A stretch of 64,000 nt of DNA from Antechinus flavipes (GCF_016432865.1 NC_067399.1:120404001-120468000), one strand, 5' to 3'. Numbered from the stretch's first letter, positions 37,691 through 51,080 are shown. Notes: generated by a model not told the origin, from the sequence alone. Made by a program: numbers and translations.

Positions 37691-40600
37691 AGAAATTCAA
37701 GAGATGGACCATAAAAGGAGAAGGCATTCCAAGAACAATAAGTAGCCAGAATAAAGAGCATAATGCCCTTCCTTCACTTGCTCAAATCCAGCTCACTTGC
37801 CTGTCATGGCATCACCTCCTTGATGTCATGATCCAAACAATAAGAAGTTCTACTCCAGTGTGACCTCCAGGACCAAGGAAAACTGATTCCTATCCTCATT
37901 TCGATTTTATGTGACAGTCCCTCAAATACTTGCAGGCAGCTATCATTTTCCCTGCATTAGCCTTCTCTTCAATTTTAAATAAATATCATCAGTTCCTTAT
38001 TATCTTCATGAGCACTTCCAAAAGAATCATATATATATCACTCTAAATAGGCTACATTTTACTGAGGTAAAACACTAAAGTTGCTAAGTGGCCTAAGTTA
38101 GCCTAAGAAGGGTAAGTCCTGGTCCTGGGAGTCAGGAACACCTGAGTTAATATCTGGCCTTAGATACTTATCAGATGTGTGACCCTGGACAAGTCACTTA
38201 ACTCTGTTTGCCTTAATTTCTTTATCTGCAAAATAAAGATAGTATTATCCATGGATGATGGATAATAATTATTATGATCATCAAATGAAATAAAAATTTG
38301 AGGTGTTTGTCTAATATATTGTAAATGCTATATAAATGATGGTTATTTTTATTAACATAGGCATGATCATGTAGAATGTGGGAGTTGGAAAGAATCTTGG
38401 ATAAAACTATAGTTTACATAAAAAGAGGTATTTTAGCTGAATAAATGGATAGATATTATTACGGAGCATTTTGCAGAGAGAGTAGGAATTGATACTTGTT
38501 TTGGTGGAAAGCAAAACAAAAGCAGAGGTGTTTTTTGGAAGATGTGTGTGTTATGCTTTCAACAAGACTATAAATATTAAGTCATTTGACAATGGATCTT
38601 AACCTGAAAAACAGTAAATAAGATCATCCAAAATATGAGGTGAATTGGGATACATAATCAGAAAAGAAATGAGAAAATATTTATGTAGCTTAAAAATTAT
38701 CAGAGGCATAAACCTAGCACATCTGGTGGTGAATGGGTAGTGTTCCAGCAAAGGGGGGAAAAATAACGAACTGTTCTGGTCATTATAGAAGCCATGACTA
38801 GGATAAGATTCTGGTCCAGCAATAACAGGAAGATTCAATGTGAATGAAAGGTGTGTCCCTGATACATTCTCCATCTTTATCATGTGTCTAGAGACTTGCA
38901 TATAAACATCAAATTTTCCAGTGAAAGCTACCATCACCTATGAAAAGTAATTATTGACTAATTGGATATCTTTAAAAACATCCTTGGTTGCTCATGGTAG
39001 AACAATCAAGTATATTCCATTTTGTATTAGGATTCTAGCAGGAGCATCCATACGGGAGCACATGTAGCATCCCTCAGAGACAAGCTCCCTTCCTTTAGGG
39101 ATAGAGCTGCCTTTGTGAACAGGGAGCTGTGGTTAAGTATATATGACATTTTTTCCTTTTGCCTAATAAAATTAATATTACCCAGTCAAGGCTTGGTAAT
39201 TACAATGTCTTCACTCCAAAGGAGTTCTTTTGAAGGCTGATTCTTCCAGCCCTTTAATCTTTGGTTTCCAGGATAGAACATCAGTATGTTTATTCTGCCA
39301 TCTGAGGTCATGAGATAATTGAAATTAACTGGGCAGAAAAACAGCACTGACCCACTCCTAAGTTTTCCATTAAGATTAACTGTATATGTTTGAGAATGCT
39401 AAGTTTCAGTGGCACAATGATCGGGTGCTGTGGCCCTTCCAGGCATGACACCCTGACATCCGACCTCAGAGGGCATGATGGTAACTTCTCTCATCCGAAT
39501 CATATAATACTGTTCAGCTGATAAAATTTTTTTTGGGGAAAAAAGAGCAGATTTCAGAGTTATCCTGAGAAAAGATGGCTCCATTTGTCAAGTTAGGTGC
39601 ATCTGCTTCCACCACAAAGAGTTGATTGGTGAGGGTGGCAGAGTGCCAACAGACAAGCAAAGGGAACTTTTATTTAGTTTGTGGAGAGTCTTCTCTGCCA
39701 GAAGAAGAAATGTGGCTAGATTTCCATTGGGATATTGAGCAGCACTTTCAGAGATCCCAAGCCCATTGCTGCCATAAAAACCTATTTTTAAAAACATGAG
39801 GCTGATAGGCTTTGGCTATTGATCCTACAGGATCAAAAAAATCAAGTTTGAAAGGACCCAAGATGCATTAGCAAAAGACACATTTGAGGCTGGGGGGAAT
39901 AGAAGGATGTTAATATCTTTTAGTGCATCACTAGCAATGATTTACAAAGAAATATAATCACAGCTAGGTGACTAGAAAAGAAGATGAACTGGTTAAGCAT
40001 GAAGAATGAGAACAGACAGATGGATGATAAATTTTATCCATGCAATACACAGAGGAAATCCTTTAGGTATTGGGTAGCTTCTTTATTATGATTTCTAGGA
40101 GAGGCATGAACAAAAACTGTAAAGGATGAAGTGAAAAGAGATCACAAATGGAGAATACACACATACACAATATAATAGTATATTTCTCAAAAGATTAATC
40201 ATTCCACATCTTTGGAGTCATTGACAAATAGTAGGAAGTACATTAGTGGGGAAGGATGAGTTGAGAGGAAAGTACCTTGGTAAAGAACTGGAAGTGTCCA
40301 TTGAAGCCCAACAACCATTGTGGATCCATAAGCGTTATCAGAAAGTACTTGGATAAAAATGGTACCTGTCTTTCAGAAATGTTTCTTAGTTTTTTAAATA
40401 TCTGAGAAGTCTACCACATCCTCCCATTAACAAGGATATTTTTATACCTTGATGGTGGGTACTAAAAAGTTAGATGTGTTTGTGCACATGCATGATACAT
40501 GCACTGGTATTTTGAGAATAGACAAAATCTCTATTCTCTATTCTCAATTTCTATTCTCAAAATATTCTATTCAAAATATCAATTTTGAATTGATATTTCA

Positions 40601-41386
40601 AATTCTATTCAAAAGTGTATTCAAAAATATCAATATCACCACTCCATAAACAAAGGACTCATAAGGCAAGAAAATTGATAGGAATGTTTCTTAGGACAAC
40701 ATAATCCAACTTTATCTGGAAGACAGTTTGTCTTCCTTTCCAAAGAAGATCCAGTTGGAGGTCTACCTTGGTGAGCCCCATACCTCAGCCAAGCTGAGCC
40801 AGGATTGATAGTACATAGTGATTATGTTGAGAGAGAAACAGAGAGAATGAACAGGGATTAGTTTCCCCAGTAGAATGCCCTATACTTCTGAATGAAGGGT
40901 ACTGGTAGAGAGAGGGGCTTAAAAGAATCCTGTTTGAGGATGTCCTGGAATTTGTTCTACTGACTTCTAGGTTCATCAAGGAGTATAGACAGTTTTACAG
41001 GAGATGGATCTTCAATAGAAAATATATTTATTTATTAAAATAATCATAGCTGGTATTTATATAGTGCTTTAAAGTTTATAACTTAGCAATTTAAAGAAAA
41101 AGTGTTTTAAATGTATTATTTCACTTATCCTCAACAGTTCTGGGAGGTTGATGTTATTATTATTCTGTGTATAAAAAGACACTTTCTGGACAAGTAACCA
41201 TTTAATTAATTATGTTAGTGAATAATTAGAGGTCAATGATACTTTTAAATGCCAAAATCCCCACATGGAACTCAAAACTTATGTTCCCTTAGAATAATTT
41301 GTGCACCTGAGAGTGGCAATCAACTCTGATTTATAAAGAGACCACTCCCAGGCTAACCCCAGCCTTAGATAATCTAGACAAATGAT

Positions 41387-41400
41387 CAGACAGACAGACA

Positions 41401-41444
<44 letters not shown>
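41387..41444. repeat. (CAGA)n(CA)n microsatellite
   Basis: Direct reading. Confidence 0.95.
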
Positions 41445-41447
<3 letters not shown>

Positions 41448-44400
41448 CTTTCCCATTTTGGTTGGGAAATGGAAGGGGAAAGTTAATCCAGTTTCATTAT
41501 CAGCCATGTTCTTCAGATGCTAACTTTCAGTTTTTTAAGTATCTGAAAAGTCTACCACATCCTCCCATTAACAAGGATACTTTTCTTCCTTGATGGTGTG
41601 TTAGAATTCAGTAGAAAATGAGCAGATAAGAGGAAAAACATGAATCTCTTTAGTAATTGGTTATTTAATAATCATTTCTCTCAACCCTCCTTTTACAGAT
41701 GAAGAGACTAAAGGCACTAAGTATAAAGAGGATTCATAGGAAATAGGATTTTATCTGGGACTTGAAGGAAGCCAAAGATCAAAGCATAGGAAGTCTGGAG
41801 AGTAGGAGTCTGGAAATGGCATATCCTGAGCATGGAAAAAAAGTATCATTGGATAGCAGAGTACATTGTAGGATTCAGGGCAGTACCAGAAAACTGCCCA
41901 GGTAGGAAGGAGCTAGATTGTGAAGGACTTTTGATCTTGGGAGCAACAGGAAACTTATTGACTGAGGGAGACCAGCCTTTGCAGGCTAGTGAATTGGTCC
42001 AGGCATGAGTATTGCTTCAAGCAGGTAAAATAGTAAAAGCAATCTGCCACAAGCTTCCCATGAACCCAAGTTATAGCATAACTAGTGAAATACAAGGAAA
42101 TCAAGTCAGATTTTGCTGATTCATTAGGGCCTATGATATCTTCTATTTATAGGCAAAGAGAACAAATGTACCCATTTCAGGGGAATCCAATAATGGACCA
42201 TAGAATTGCTTTGAATCCAGCTGGAATTCCAGTTCTTGGAGTCATTTAACCCTATCTGAATCCAGTTAAGATTCATAAAGTTTCTAGAAGCCCAGAATTG
42301 ATGAGGATGACCTCCTAGAGTTCCATATAACTGAGAAGCTCTAGACCAACTGGAAGAACTGGATAACTAGCTGCCTATGTTCTAAAGAATAAGGATTAAA
42401 AGGAAGATAGTTCTACTATCAAAAATTCCTTTATCAGAGAATTCAGTCATTTCCCTTTACCATCCTTTGGGTAGGACAGCTGAACCAGACAAATCTGAAC
42501 ATAATACAAATGTACCATGGTCATGAGCTAGAATCAGGAATACCACATTTGTGTGGGTTTCTCAGAGTTGGCTTTGGGATTCCCAGTGAAGCTCCAACAT
42601 ATAGAATAGGTAGGTCAGACCAAGAACAATGGAGTGGATATAGTCTTCCATCTTGAGCCCTTTGATCAAGTTTCTGGATTTCCATCTAAACTAATTAGTT
42701 CATCACAGATTTTTTTTGTACCTGCTTACAACCTGATTCAAAAGCATGATTTCAGTCCAGGTTGAACCCTGGCTCCAGCCCAGAAAGCACCTGCAAAGTA
42801 TGTGACAGTTTCTGTTCTTCTACAAGTGCTGGCTCATAGACCAGTTCATAATAGCTACCCAAAGGGGTTACATGTCAGTAGGAAGGGAAATCTCAATTCT
42901 GACTTGGCCAGAATTTGTCAAGATACAAAATTATGACTTCAATGCAATCTGAAAATTTGTCTTGATTGGTGGCGAGCAGCTGAAGGTACTCTAATTGCTT
43001 TGGAAAGCAACCATTCCTTTGTTTTTTAGCATGGTCACTACCTCCTGCTATAGGAGTCCTGAAGGCCCCCAATTCTGCATTCATAGATAAAGGACAAAAC
43101 AAATGATCAAGTCTAAAGCAGATGGGAAGTCTTCGCTGTCCTCAGGAAACTGCAGCATAAGTGAGACCAATCAAGAGACTATTCCCAGTAGAACAGCTGT
43201 GGGAAGAGTTAACCTTGGAAAATATTAATGGTGGAATGGTGCTTTACATAATACTTACATAAGCTGTGCTAAAGAGGGAAAGGGACTTACCACAAAGCTT
43301 CTGATAGAACCAGGATTCAATTCTAATTTGTTGAATCTAATTCCCAGCAGTTTTTCCCCTACACTACACTATCTCCCAACTTTACCATTCTAAGGTGAAA
43401 ATTATAGTTTAGGAGAGGCAAACCCCTGTGAGGTTACAGAATTCACCTAGGCAATTGAATGAAGGGGCCAGAAAAGCCAATTCCAGTTTGTGCCATGTGA
43501 ACAGATCATAGAAATAAGGGGAAAGAACCAGCCACTTATATTTGGTGCATATCCTGTTTCTGGAACATGGTCGGTTCTTGTATATGTACTCAGGGTACAG
43601 GGTATCCTAACAAAACACAGTGTAAACTAGCCCAAGATTTTGTGGGCTACCAAGACCTTGGCTGGAGTTTGGGAGAGGGCTGGGTTGGAAGGGAAGAGCA
43701 GAGACTCAAAATTTGTGTGGAGGTTGATTTTTAAGCTACTTGAGAGTAGGGACAGTTTGGTTTTTGTTTTAATATCCTCAGTAAGATCTAAATGGAAGGG
43801 GAATGTTTTACAAAATGAAAAACCCTTAAAGAAACTTAAACCAAAGAGATATTTGGTAGAAAATGTTTATATTTTGAATAGTTGTATTGGGGATGGGAGA
43901 GGCTAGAGCAGGAACTGATTTCAAGAGAGGATCACAGGACCTATATCACAAAAACATAAGTGATCATTTAGACAATATCAAGGGAGTGGCCATTTGTCTG
44001 TAGCAAAGGTGGAATATAAAAGAGGCCATGGGAAAAGGATAGATTGAGGAATTGGGAAGTTAGTGTATAATAAATAATATATTAATATTCCTTCTAGACT
44101 CAGCTCAAATTCCATCTGAAGAAAGCCATTCCTGAACTTTCTAATTACTAGTGCCTTCCCCTCTGAGATTACCTTCCATATATACCTTATATACCATATA
44201 CCTACTTAGTTATTTGCATGCTATCTTCCTGATTAAAATGTGAGTTCCTGGAGAGTAGGGGTTGTTTTTGCCTTTATGTACCAGCACTTAGCACAGTGCT
44301 CAGTGACTGACTGATTGTCACAGACAGTGCCAAGATTCAAACCCAATCAGCTCAGGGAATATAGTTTTATTCTGAAGTTAGGAGAATGTTTATATTAAAT

Positions 44401-44587
44401 GAAATGGTGAGACTGAGTGAAAGATACCTTTCACTCTCTTCCCTTTCCAATCTGAATACCCTACTCGTCCAAAGTCTTATAGACTTCCTAAAGTTCAGCA
44501 TTGATCACATCCCTAAAGCTTAAAATCCTATATTCCTCTTGATCAGCTTTTACTCACAACTTTTGTTTTGTGTCGGGGAACTTTTAG

Positions 44588-44745
44588 GTCTGCATCCACT
44601 ACTCCATCGGGTTCTCCCCGGACCTCTCAGCAAAACGTTTACAACCCTTCTGAAGGCTCCACTTGGAATCCCTTTGATGATGACAATTTCTCCAAACTCA
44701 CAGCTGAGGAACTGTTGAACAAAGACTTTGCAAAACTTGGCGATG
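44588..44745 (+). CDS. AAK1: AAK1 exon 15-equivalent: [52 protein letters not shown](G)
   Basis: cttttAG|G acceptor, ATG|GTAAGT donor, 158 nt. WNPF / WxxF-acidic endocytic motif. Confidence 0.97.
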
Positions 44746-45625
44746 GTAAGTGGCAAATGTCCAGTTATCCATGCCAGTAAATATCCCACAAAAGAAACCA
44801 AGTAATATGTGCTCCCATATTTATTTTGTAGATGTACCTTATTTTTTATATATATACACATATATGTATATATATAATATATTGGCTATATTATATATAA
44901 TTATATATTTATATATGACATTTCTGTGTGTTTCCCTTGCCAACAAATTTTTGCAAATAAAACCTTTTAAGTTTGAGGGAAAGAAAGTATTTTTGCCTAG
45001 TACACTAAATCCACACTATTCTCAAGAAATTCTGATTACCTATGCTATCCTTTTTTTTTTTTTTTTTTTTGGTATGCTTGTGACTTTGGACAAGTTAGTT
45101 AAACTCTTTTGACCTCAATGTCTTTTTATAAAATGAAGGAATTAGAGATCACTTTCAGCTCTAGTTCTATGATCTTTTTATCCTAAGAAATGCATTTTGT
45201 AATCAGTAAACATATTTAATTGATTGAATATCTGACCTATGTTGAAAATCATTTGCAAAAGACTACTTGGTCTCTTCTCAAATTTTCATCAAGAATGACT
45301 TCAAATAATTGTAAATTATATTCAAATATGAGATTATAGGGAGAAGATAGGTATATAGATGGGTTTGTTTATATTGTCTTCTCAAATGCCCTTTTTAAAT
45401 TGTTTCTTTGGAAGGATAGAAATGACAAAGAGACAAGGTTAGGATTCACTAGAGGATTTCCAAGAAATTTTGGATAGACACTTCTTGGGAATGAAGTAAA
45501 GAGGATTCTTGTCTAGGTATGAGTTGTACTAGAGGCTTCTATATCATTTCTAGCTTTTTGATTCTGTAACTCTGTAGAGTATATCAGTAACCAGTTGTTT
45601 CATATAAGTTAAGAGGGGCATGTGT

Positions 45626-46583
45626 CATTCTCCAATTGATAAATGGTCAAAGGATATGAGCAGACAATTTTCAGATGATGAAATTGAAACTATTTCCATT
45701 CATATAAAAGAGTGTTCCAAATCACTATTGATCAGAGAAATGCAAATTAAGACAACTTTGAGATATCACTACACACCTATCAGATTGGCTAAGATGACAG
45801 GAAAAAATAATGACAAATGTTGGAGGGGATGCGGGAAAACTGGGACACTGTTGCATTTTGGTGGAGTTGTGAACGAATCCAACCATTCTGGAGAGCAATC
45901 TGGAATTATGTCCAAAAAATTATCAAATTGTGCATACCCTCTGATCTAGCAGTGTTTCTACTGGACTTATATCCCAAAGAGATCTTAAAGAAGGGAAAGG
46001 GACCTGTATGTGCCACAATGTTTGTGGCAGTCCTCTTTGTAGTGGCCAGAAATTGGAAACTGAATGGATGCCTGTCAATTGGAGAATGGCTGGGTAATTT
46101 GTGGTATATGAATGTTATGGAATATTATTGTTCTGTAAGAAATGACCAGCGGGATGAATACAGAGAGGCTTGGAGAGACTTACATGAACTGATGCTAAGT
46201 GAAATGAGCAGAACCAGGAGATCATTATATACTTCAACAACGATACTGTATGAGGATGTATTCTGATGGAAGTGGATTTCTTTGACAAAGAGACTTAACT
46301 GAGTTTCAATTGATCAATGATGGACAGAAGCAGCTACACCCAAAGAAAGGACACTAGGAAATGAATGTAAACTGTTTGCATTTTTGTTTTTCTTCCCAAG
46401 TTATTTCTATCTTCTGTATCTAGGATATACTATGACATATTTAACATGCATAGGACTGCTTGCCATTTGGGAGAGGGGATGGAGGGAGGGAGGGGAAATG
46501 GAACAGAAGTGAGTGCAAGGGATAATGTTGTAAAAAATTACCTTGTCATGGGTTCTGTCAATAAAAAGTTATTTAAAAAAAAA
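45626..46583 (+). mobile_element. 5'-truncated LINE-1 (ORF2 C-terminus, 3' UTR, A tail)
   Basis: ORFs 45620/45817 encode SPIDKWSKDM..REMQIKTTLRYHYTP..KCWRGCGKTGTL. AATAAA at 46560-46565. Perfect 15-bp TSD AAGAGGGGCATGTGT (45611-45625 and 46584-46598). Confidence 0.95.
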
Positions 46584-47560
46584 AAGAGGGGCATGTGTGT
46601 GTGTATGTGATATTTGTTAGTTTGCCATATCTTCTGTCTTTTTTCTTGAAGAAAGTAATGATGATATACAATTGTAAAAACTTCTTAGTATCTTACAAAT
46701 CTTAGACTTTTTCATATTTCTCCACTCAATTTCCTTATTTTTTTATTGCCTTCCCCTATGCCCACAGTTTCACTGAAATCACCAAGTACTGAAGTATATG
46801 TTATCGGGGTTTGGAGGATCTTGTGAAATTCTTAGTATATTTTCTTCTGTCTGTTGCAATAAAGTGCTGAAGTTATCTTTAGGATGGTCTTTTTGCTCAC
46901 GCTTATCATAAGAACATCAAGACAGGATAATCAAATGCCCCATGAAATTGTTTCTTGTTGCCTTTGGGTATCCAGTAAAACCAATCCTTTTATTTATCTC
47001 TTTAAGGAGAACCTATGGGCCATTATTGCATTACATATATTTTGGTTTCATGTATAGAAAGAATGACCACTGTTCATAGTCCACTTTTTATCAATATACT
47101 GGTAAATGAACAAAAATTAAGCACTTAGCACATCAACAGTTAAGTTGATTTTGATGGATATTCTAAAAAATGTGTATCCTCTATTTCATTTTCTCACTAC
47201 TTTGCCATATCACTTCAGATATAGCATCCCATAACATGGAGATCCCTTTTGCATTTTTCTTTGTCTCTTGAGTTGCCATGGCCAAAGAATTCATTACATA
47301 AAGATTTGTTTAGGTGGCTATTGCCAATGAACCTTTTCTTACTTCGCTAAGCTGGTGTTCAAATCAGAGAGTCTATGTTTGGGTCCGTGCTTAAAGTTTC
47401 TCTAATTTTGTAGAATGGTTCAGAGATTGTGTTCCATGGGAATAACCTTTAAGAACCTAGTGTCACTTCCATACCCCACTGAAACATAAGAAAGAGTTAG
47501 ACTTTGTCAAGATTCTGTGCCCTCTTACCCATTTTCATTTGTTGTTTCTAATATACATTG

Positions 47561-47790
47561 AGGACAACTAGGTGGTGCAATGGATAGAGCAATAAGCTTG
47601 GAATCAGGAAAATATTTTAACTTTAAGTCCAGCCTCATATGAGACTTACTGTCACTTAACCAATTTGCTTCAGTTTCTCATCTGTAAAATGAACTGGAGA
47701 AGGAAATGGCAAACTACTCCAGTTTCTTTTCAAAGAAAACCCCAAATGGGGTAACCAAGAATCAGACATGATTAAAATGACTGAACAATA
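47561..47790 (+). mobile_element. MAR1-type SINE
   Basis: ggacaactaggtggtgcaatggatagagc...gagaaggaaatggcaaactactccag...gactgaacaa. Confidence 0.85.
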
Positions 47791-48254
47791 ACCATATAAA
47801 ATGGGTTAGGAATTAAGAACTTTTAGAATTCCATTTAAAATGGAAAATATGTTCTGTATAAGAACTTGATGCCTTTTTCACTGTACAGATAATAACAATA
47901 ACATATTTAAATATCCCCTAAAAATTTATAAAGTGATTGTCTTATAACAATCTTGTGAGTTAGATAGTACAATTATCATTCTCCTCATTAATAGATGAGG
48001 AAGCTGAAGCTTATTGTTGAAACTGGAACTAAAGTTACTTGACTTTTGCCACACAAACTTTTCTAATTTCTGTTATTTTGCCTGCTTAGAGATTTTCCTC
48101 CCATTGCTTCTGACTTCTGAATTGTATTCCTCAAATTTGAGCTTGCCAGATGAGTTATATTGTCATAACATCTGAGAATCAAACAGGAACATCTAGAAGA
48201 TCTAGAATATTGGATGTGTACACTCATAGCTATTTGTATGTTTTGCTACTCTAG

Positions 48255-48377
48255 GCAAACCTCCTGAGAAACTTGGTGGTTCAGCAGAGAGTTTGATCCC
48301 AGGCTTTCAACCAGGTACAGCCACTACTCAAGCAGATGCTTTTGGCTCCTCCTCCTTTTCTTCTGGAACTGGAACAG
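48255..48377 (+). CDS. AAK1: AAK1 exon 16-equivalent: [40 protein letters not shown](A)
   Basis: ctactctAG|GC acceptor, CAG|GTAAGG donor, 123 nt, phase 1 to 1. Confidence 0.95.
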
Positions 48378-48618
48378 GTAAGGGTGATTAATCCTTAAAG
48401 GAAAAGTAGTTTTCCTGTTATTGGTATTATATACATTGCTTGCCAGCAAGCCCTATACATTTTTGGTGATTCATGTTTCTGAACTCAAGCTGTATGGGAG
48501 GTGGGAGGTAGTCAGAGATCGCCAGAGAATTTGTGAGTGAGTAACAGAGAAGCATCTCCATTGAGTGAATTCCTTGCATACATGAATTTGATGGATGAAT
48601 ATTTTAGAGGACTAGGTG

Positions 48619-48910
48619 GCTGGATATGGTGGCACAAGCTGTGATTCCAGTGATCAGGGAGTCTCAAGCTGGTGACTCTTTTAGTCTACAGAGTTCTTAG
48701 GTGCAGTGGGCTGTGCTGATTGAGTGTCTGGACAAATTAAATATGGTGAGTCCCCAGGAATGAGTAACCATCAAGTTTCCTAAGGAGGAGTCAATCAACT
48801 TGTATCAAAAACAGAGCAATTCAAAATTCCCATGTGGATCAGTAATGGGAATCAGTAATTCCTTAGATCCTGAACTTGTAGTCTAAGCAAAATGGTGAGA
48901 CCTGACCTTT
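48619..48910 (+). pseudogene. RN7SL: 7SL (SRP) RNA retrocopy, near full length, degraded
   Basis: Collinear with recalled 7SL: gctggatatggtggcaca...gagttct...aatatggtga...cctaaggagg...aaac.gagca.ttcaaaa.tccc..tgatcagta.tggga...gagacc. Heavy CpG-to-TpG decay. Confidence 0.88.
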
Positions 48911-51080
48911 TTCTTTACCTACAAGGATTTGATAGAAACATAAAATAGTATATGAGTAATGTGTTGCCATTTAAAGGAATGAGGTGATGCAACAAGACAG
49001 ACAGGTGTTCTCATAAAATACTTAAACTTTCTCTGTCATAGGCAAAGACTTAAACAGATATTTTAGATCTTTGCTAGCATAAAATGTCTAACATGTTAAC
49101 AAAAGAAATTTTTCCTTCCTAGAGAAGGTTCACTATATTTAGTTAATCACTTGCTTTTCCTTAATCTCTCTAGGCTGAATTTAGGAACCCTTAAGTGTTA
49201 GATATTTACCTCTAATCCAAAGACTATTCATTCACATCTAGAAGCTACATGTTGAATCTAGATTCCAGTGCTTACTCCTGGACTTTGCTTCTTAGAGACA
49301 GTGTTCTCATCTAGTCAGAAAGAAATTAATATCCTCCCCATCCACTTTCTACTTGAAATGGAGGTGAAGCAGGTGAAGTGTAGGGAAGAGTGAGTGAGAA
49401 GTAGTGTTTTCTAGCTGTGACTTCCCTTCCCCCACCCTTTCCCTATAAAATCCTCTACCTTTCTCCTAAACTCTTAAGAATCAATCTTAGTGCTTCAACT
49501 GTGAGCATAGACCACAAAAATATTGGGGATACTCTTGTTCCAGACCATGCTTATGATGAGGAGAACAGGATTAGGGTATTTGAGCTAAATAATAAATTAG
49601 AAAATGAGAGGATAAGATATTTTTGCTAAATAAATGTCTTTTTCAAAATTCTAAAAGAATTAAAGCCAATTTAAAGAATAGAAGCATAAGCAATATAGTA
49701 TAACACTAATGGAATTTAGAATAAATGCTTTTTTCTTTGTACAGTAAAGTACTCATATATTGACTCCTTAATTCACTCCAGTCTTATTGTGTGCTCCCAA
49801 CTCACTTTATTTTAAAAACAAAAGAGTGAAATTGGTCTGCTGGCAGCATTCCATTTCCTGCCTCCATGATTGTGCAAAGCTATGCCCCTGCTTCTGTATA
49901 TTCCCTCCTCACTGCCATCTTTTATAATCCCCAGGTTTCCTTTAAGACTCAATTAAGTGCCATCTCCTATATTACGCCTTTCTTGATCCCTAACCCCCTT
50001 GCCAGTTGTTATTATTTTTCCCTTCTTGAAATATATTTCTGTAACTTTGTAGAGCTTATATTTACATTTTTGTTTACATTGTACTTCCCCAATAGAACAT
50101 AAATTCTTTCAGAACAATTTTGTTTCTGTATCTCTCCTGCTTACTATTCTGCCTTGAACATGGTAGGCACCTAAATATTGACTTGAGCTGAATCAGATTG
50201 AATTAAATTGAAAAGCAAACTGATTCAAAGAATACCAAGTAAAATAAAAACCAAAAGAAAATGAGTTGAGACATTTCAGATGCCATCATCAACAAATATT
50301 TTTTGATACCTGCCTACTAGGTATATGGATAAAATTTGGAGTAACTTGTAGGGAGGTATAAAGACAAGTCCTGCCCTTGAGATGATGACATTTTCTCATG
50401 GGATCCCATTCACTGATTTTGTTTTCTATCTGGAAGAAAATATATTTCAAGATCTAAAATATGAGTAGCTAAAACTAAACAAGGCTAAGTAACAAGATTT
50501 TTCTAGTCTTGACAAAGACCCTTAGTCATTTTTTTCCTCCAGGTTACTAATTCATTTAATTCTGCTGAGTAGAAATGATATTATCCATATGTTCATTTTA
50601 GGTATAATTTTTGATATCTCACTATGCTTTTTTTAATGTTTTATTTCTCTGCACTTGCTTTAAGGGCTGTGCATGAAATTCAGAAGAAACCCCAGAATCT
50701 CTAGAGCTGTACGTTGACCAACATTCTCCCAAAAACTCTTGGCTTCCTCAGAAGCCAACATGTTATTTGAGGGCGTAGAAAGTGTTGGTCCAATGGATCT
50801 CCTTTTCTTACCCAAGAAACCCAGAATACAGATTTCAAAGACTGACTTCAGAAGAGCAGAAGGAGAAAGGTCAACCCAGTTCTTTTTATATCTTCATTTA
50901 ACGTACCTTCAAGCCTTCATATTTCTTGTATTTTACCATTACAAAGACACCAAAAATTCAAGAAGTTTTCAAAAATCAGCAATGGAGTTAATTAAATGGT
51001 TGAACCCAGAATCTATCCCAAGTGGTTTTTTTTCATTTTAGGTTTAATTCCAGTTATTTAATATCTAAATATCTATTAAG

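Noticed and set aside
39078-39148. H/ACA-like arrangement (AGACAA, AGCTCCCT...AGGGAGCT hairpin, ACA)
   Set aside because: ACA is 18 nt from the stem, the H box overlaps the stem, and there is no convincing 5' hairpin.
39410-39480. Candidate 71-nt exon (ttcAG|...ATG|GTAACT)
   Set aside because: Weak acceptor context, not a multiple of 3, and no AAK1-like coding signal.
42756-42797. Candidate 42-nt cassette exon with an AAA|GTATGT donor
   Set aside because: Poor pyrimidine tract. One acceptor gives an immediate TGA and the other a frameshift.
45620-46266. ORFs of 109 and 149 aa as host genes
   Set aside because: Frameshifted L1 ORF2 C-terminus.
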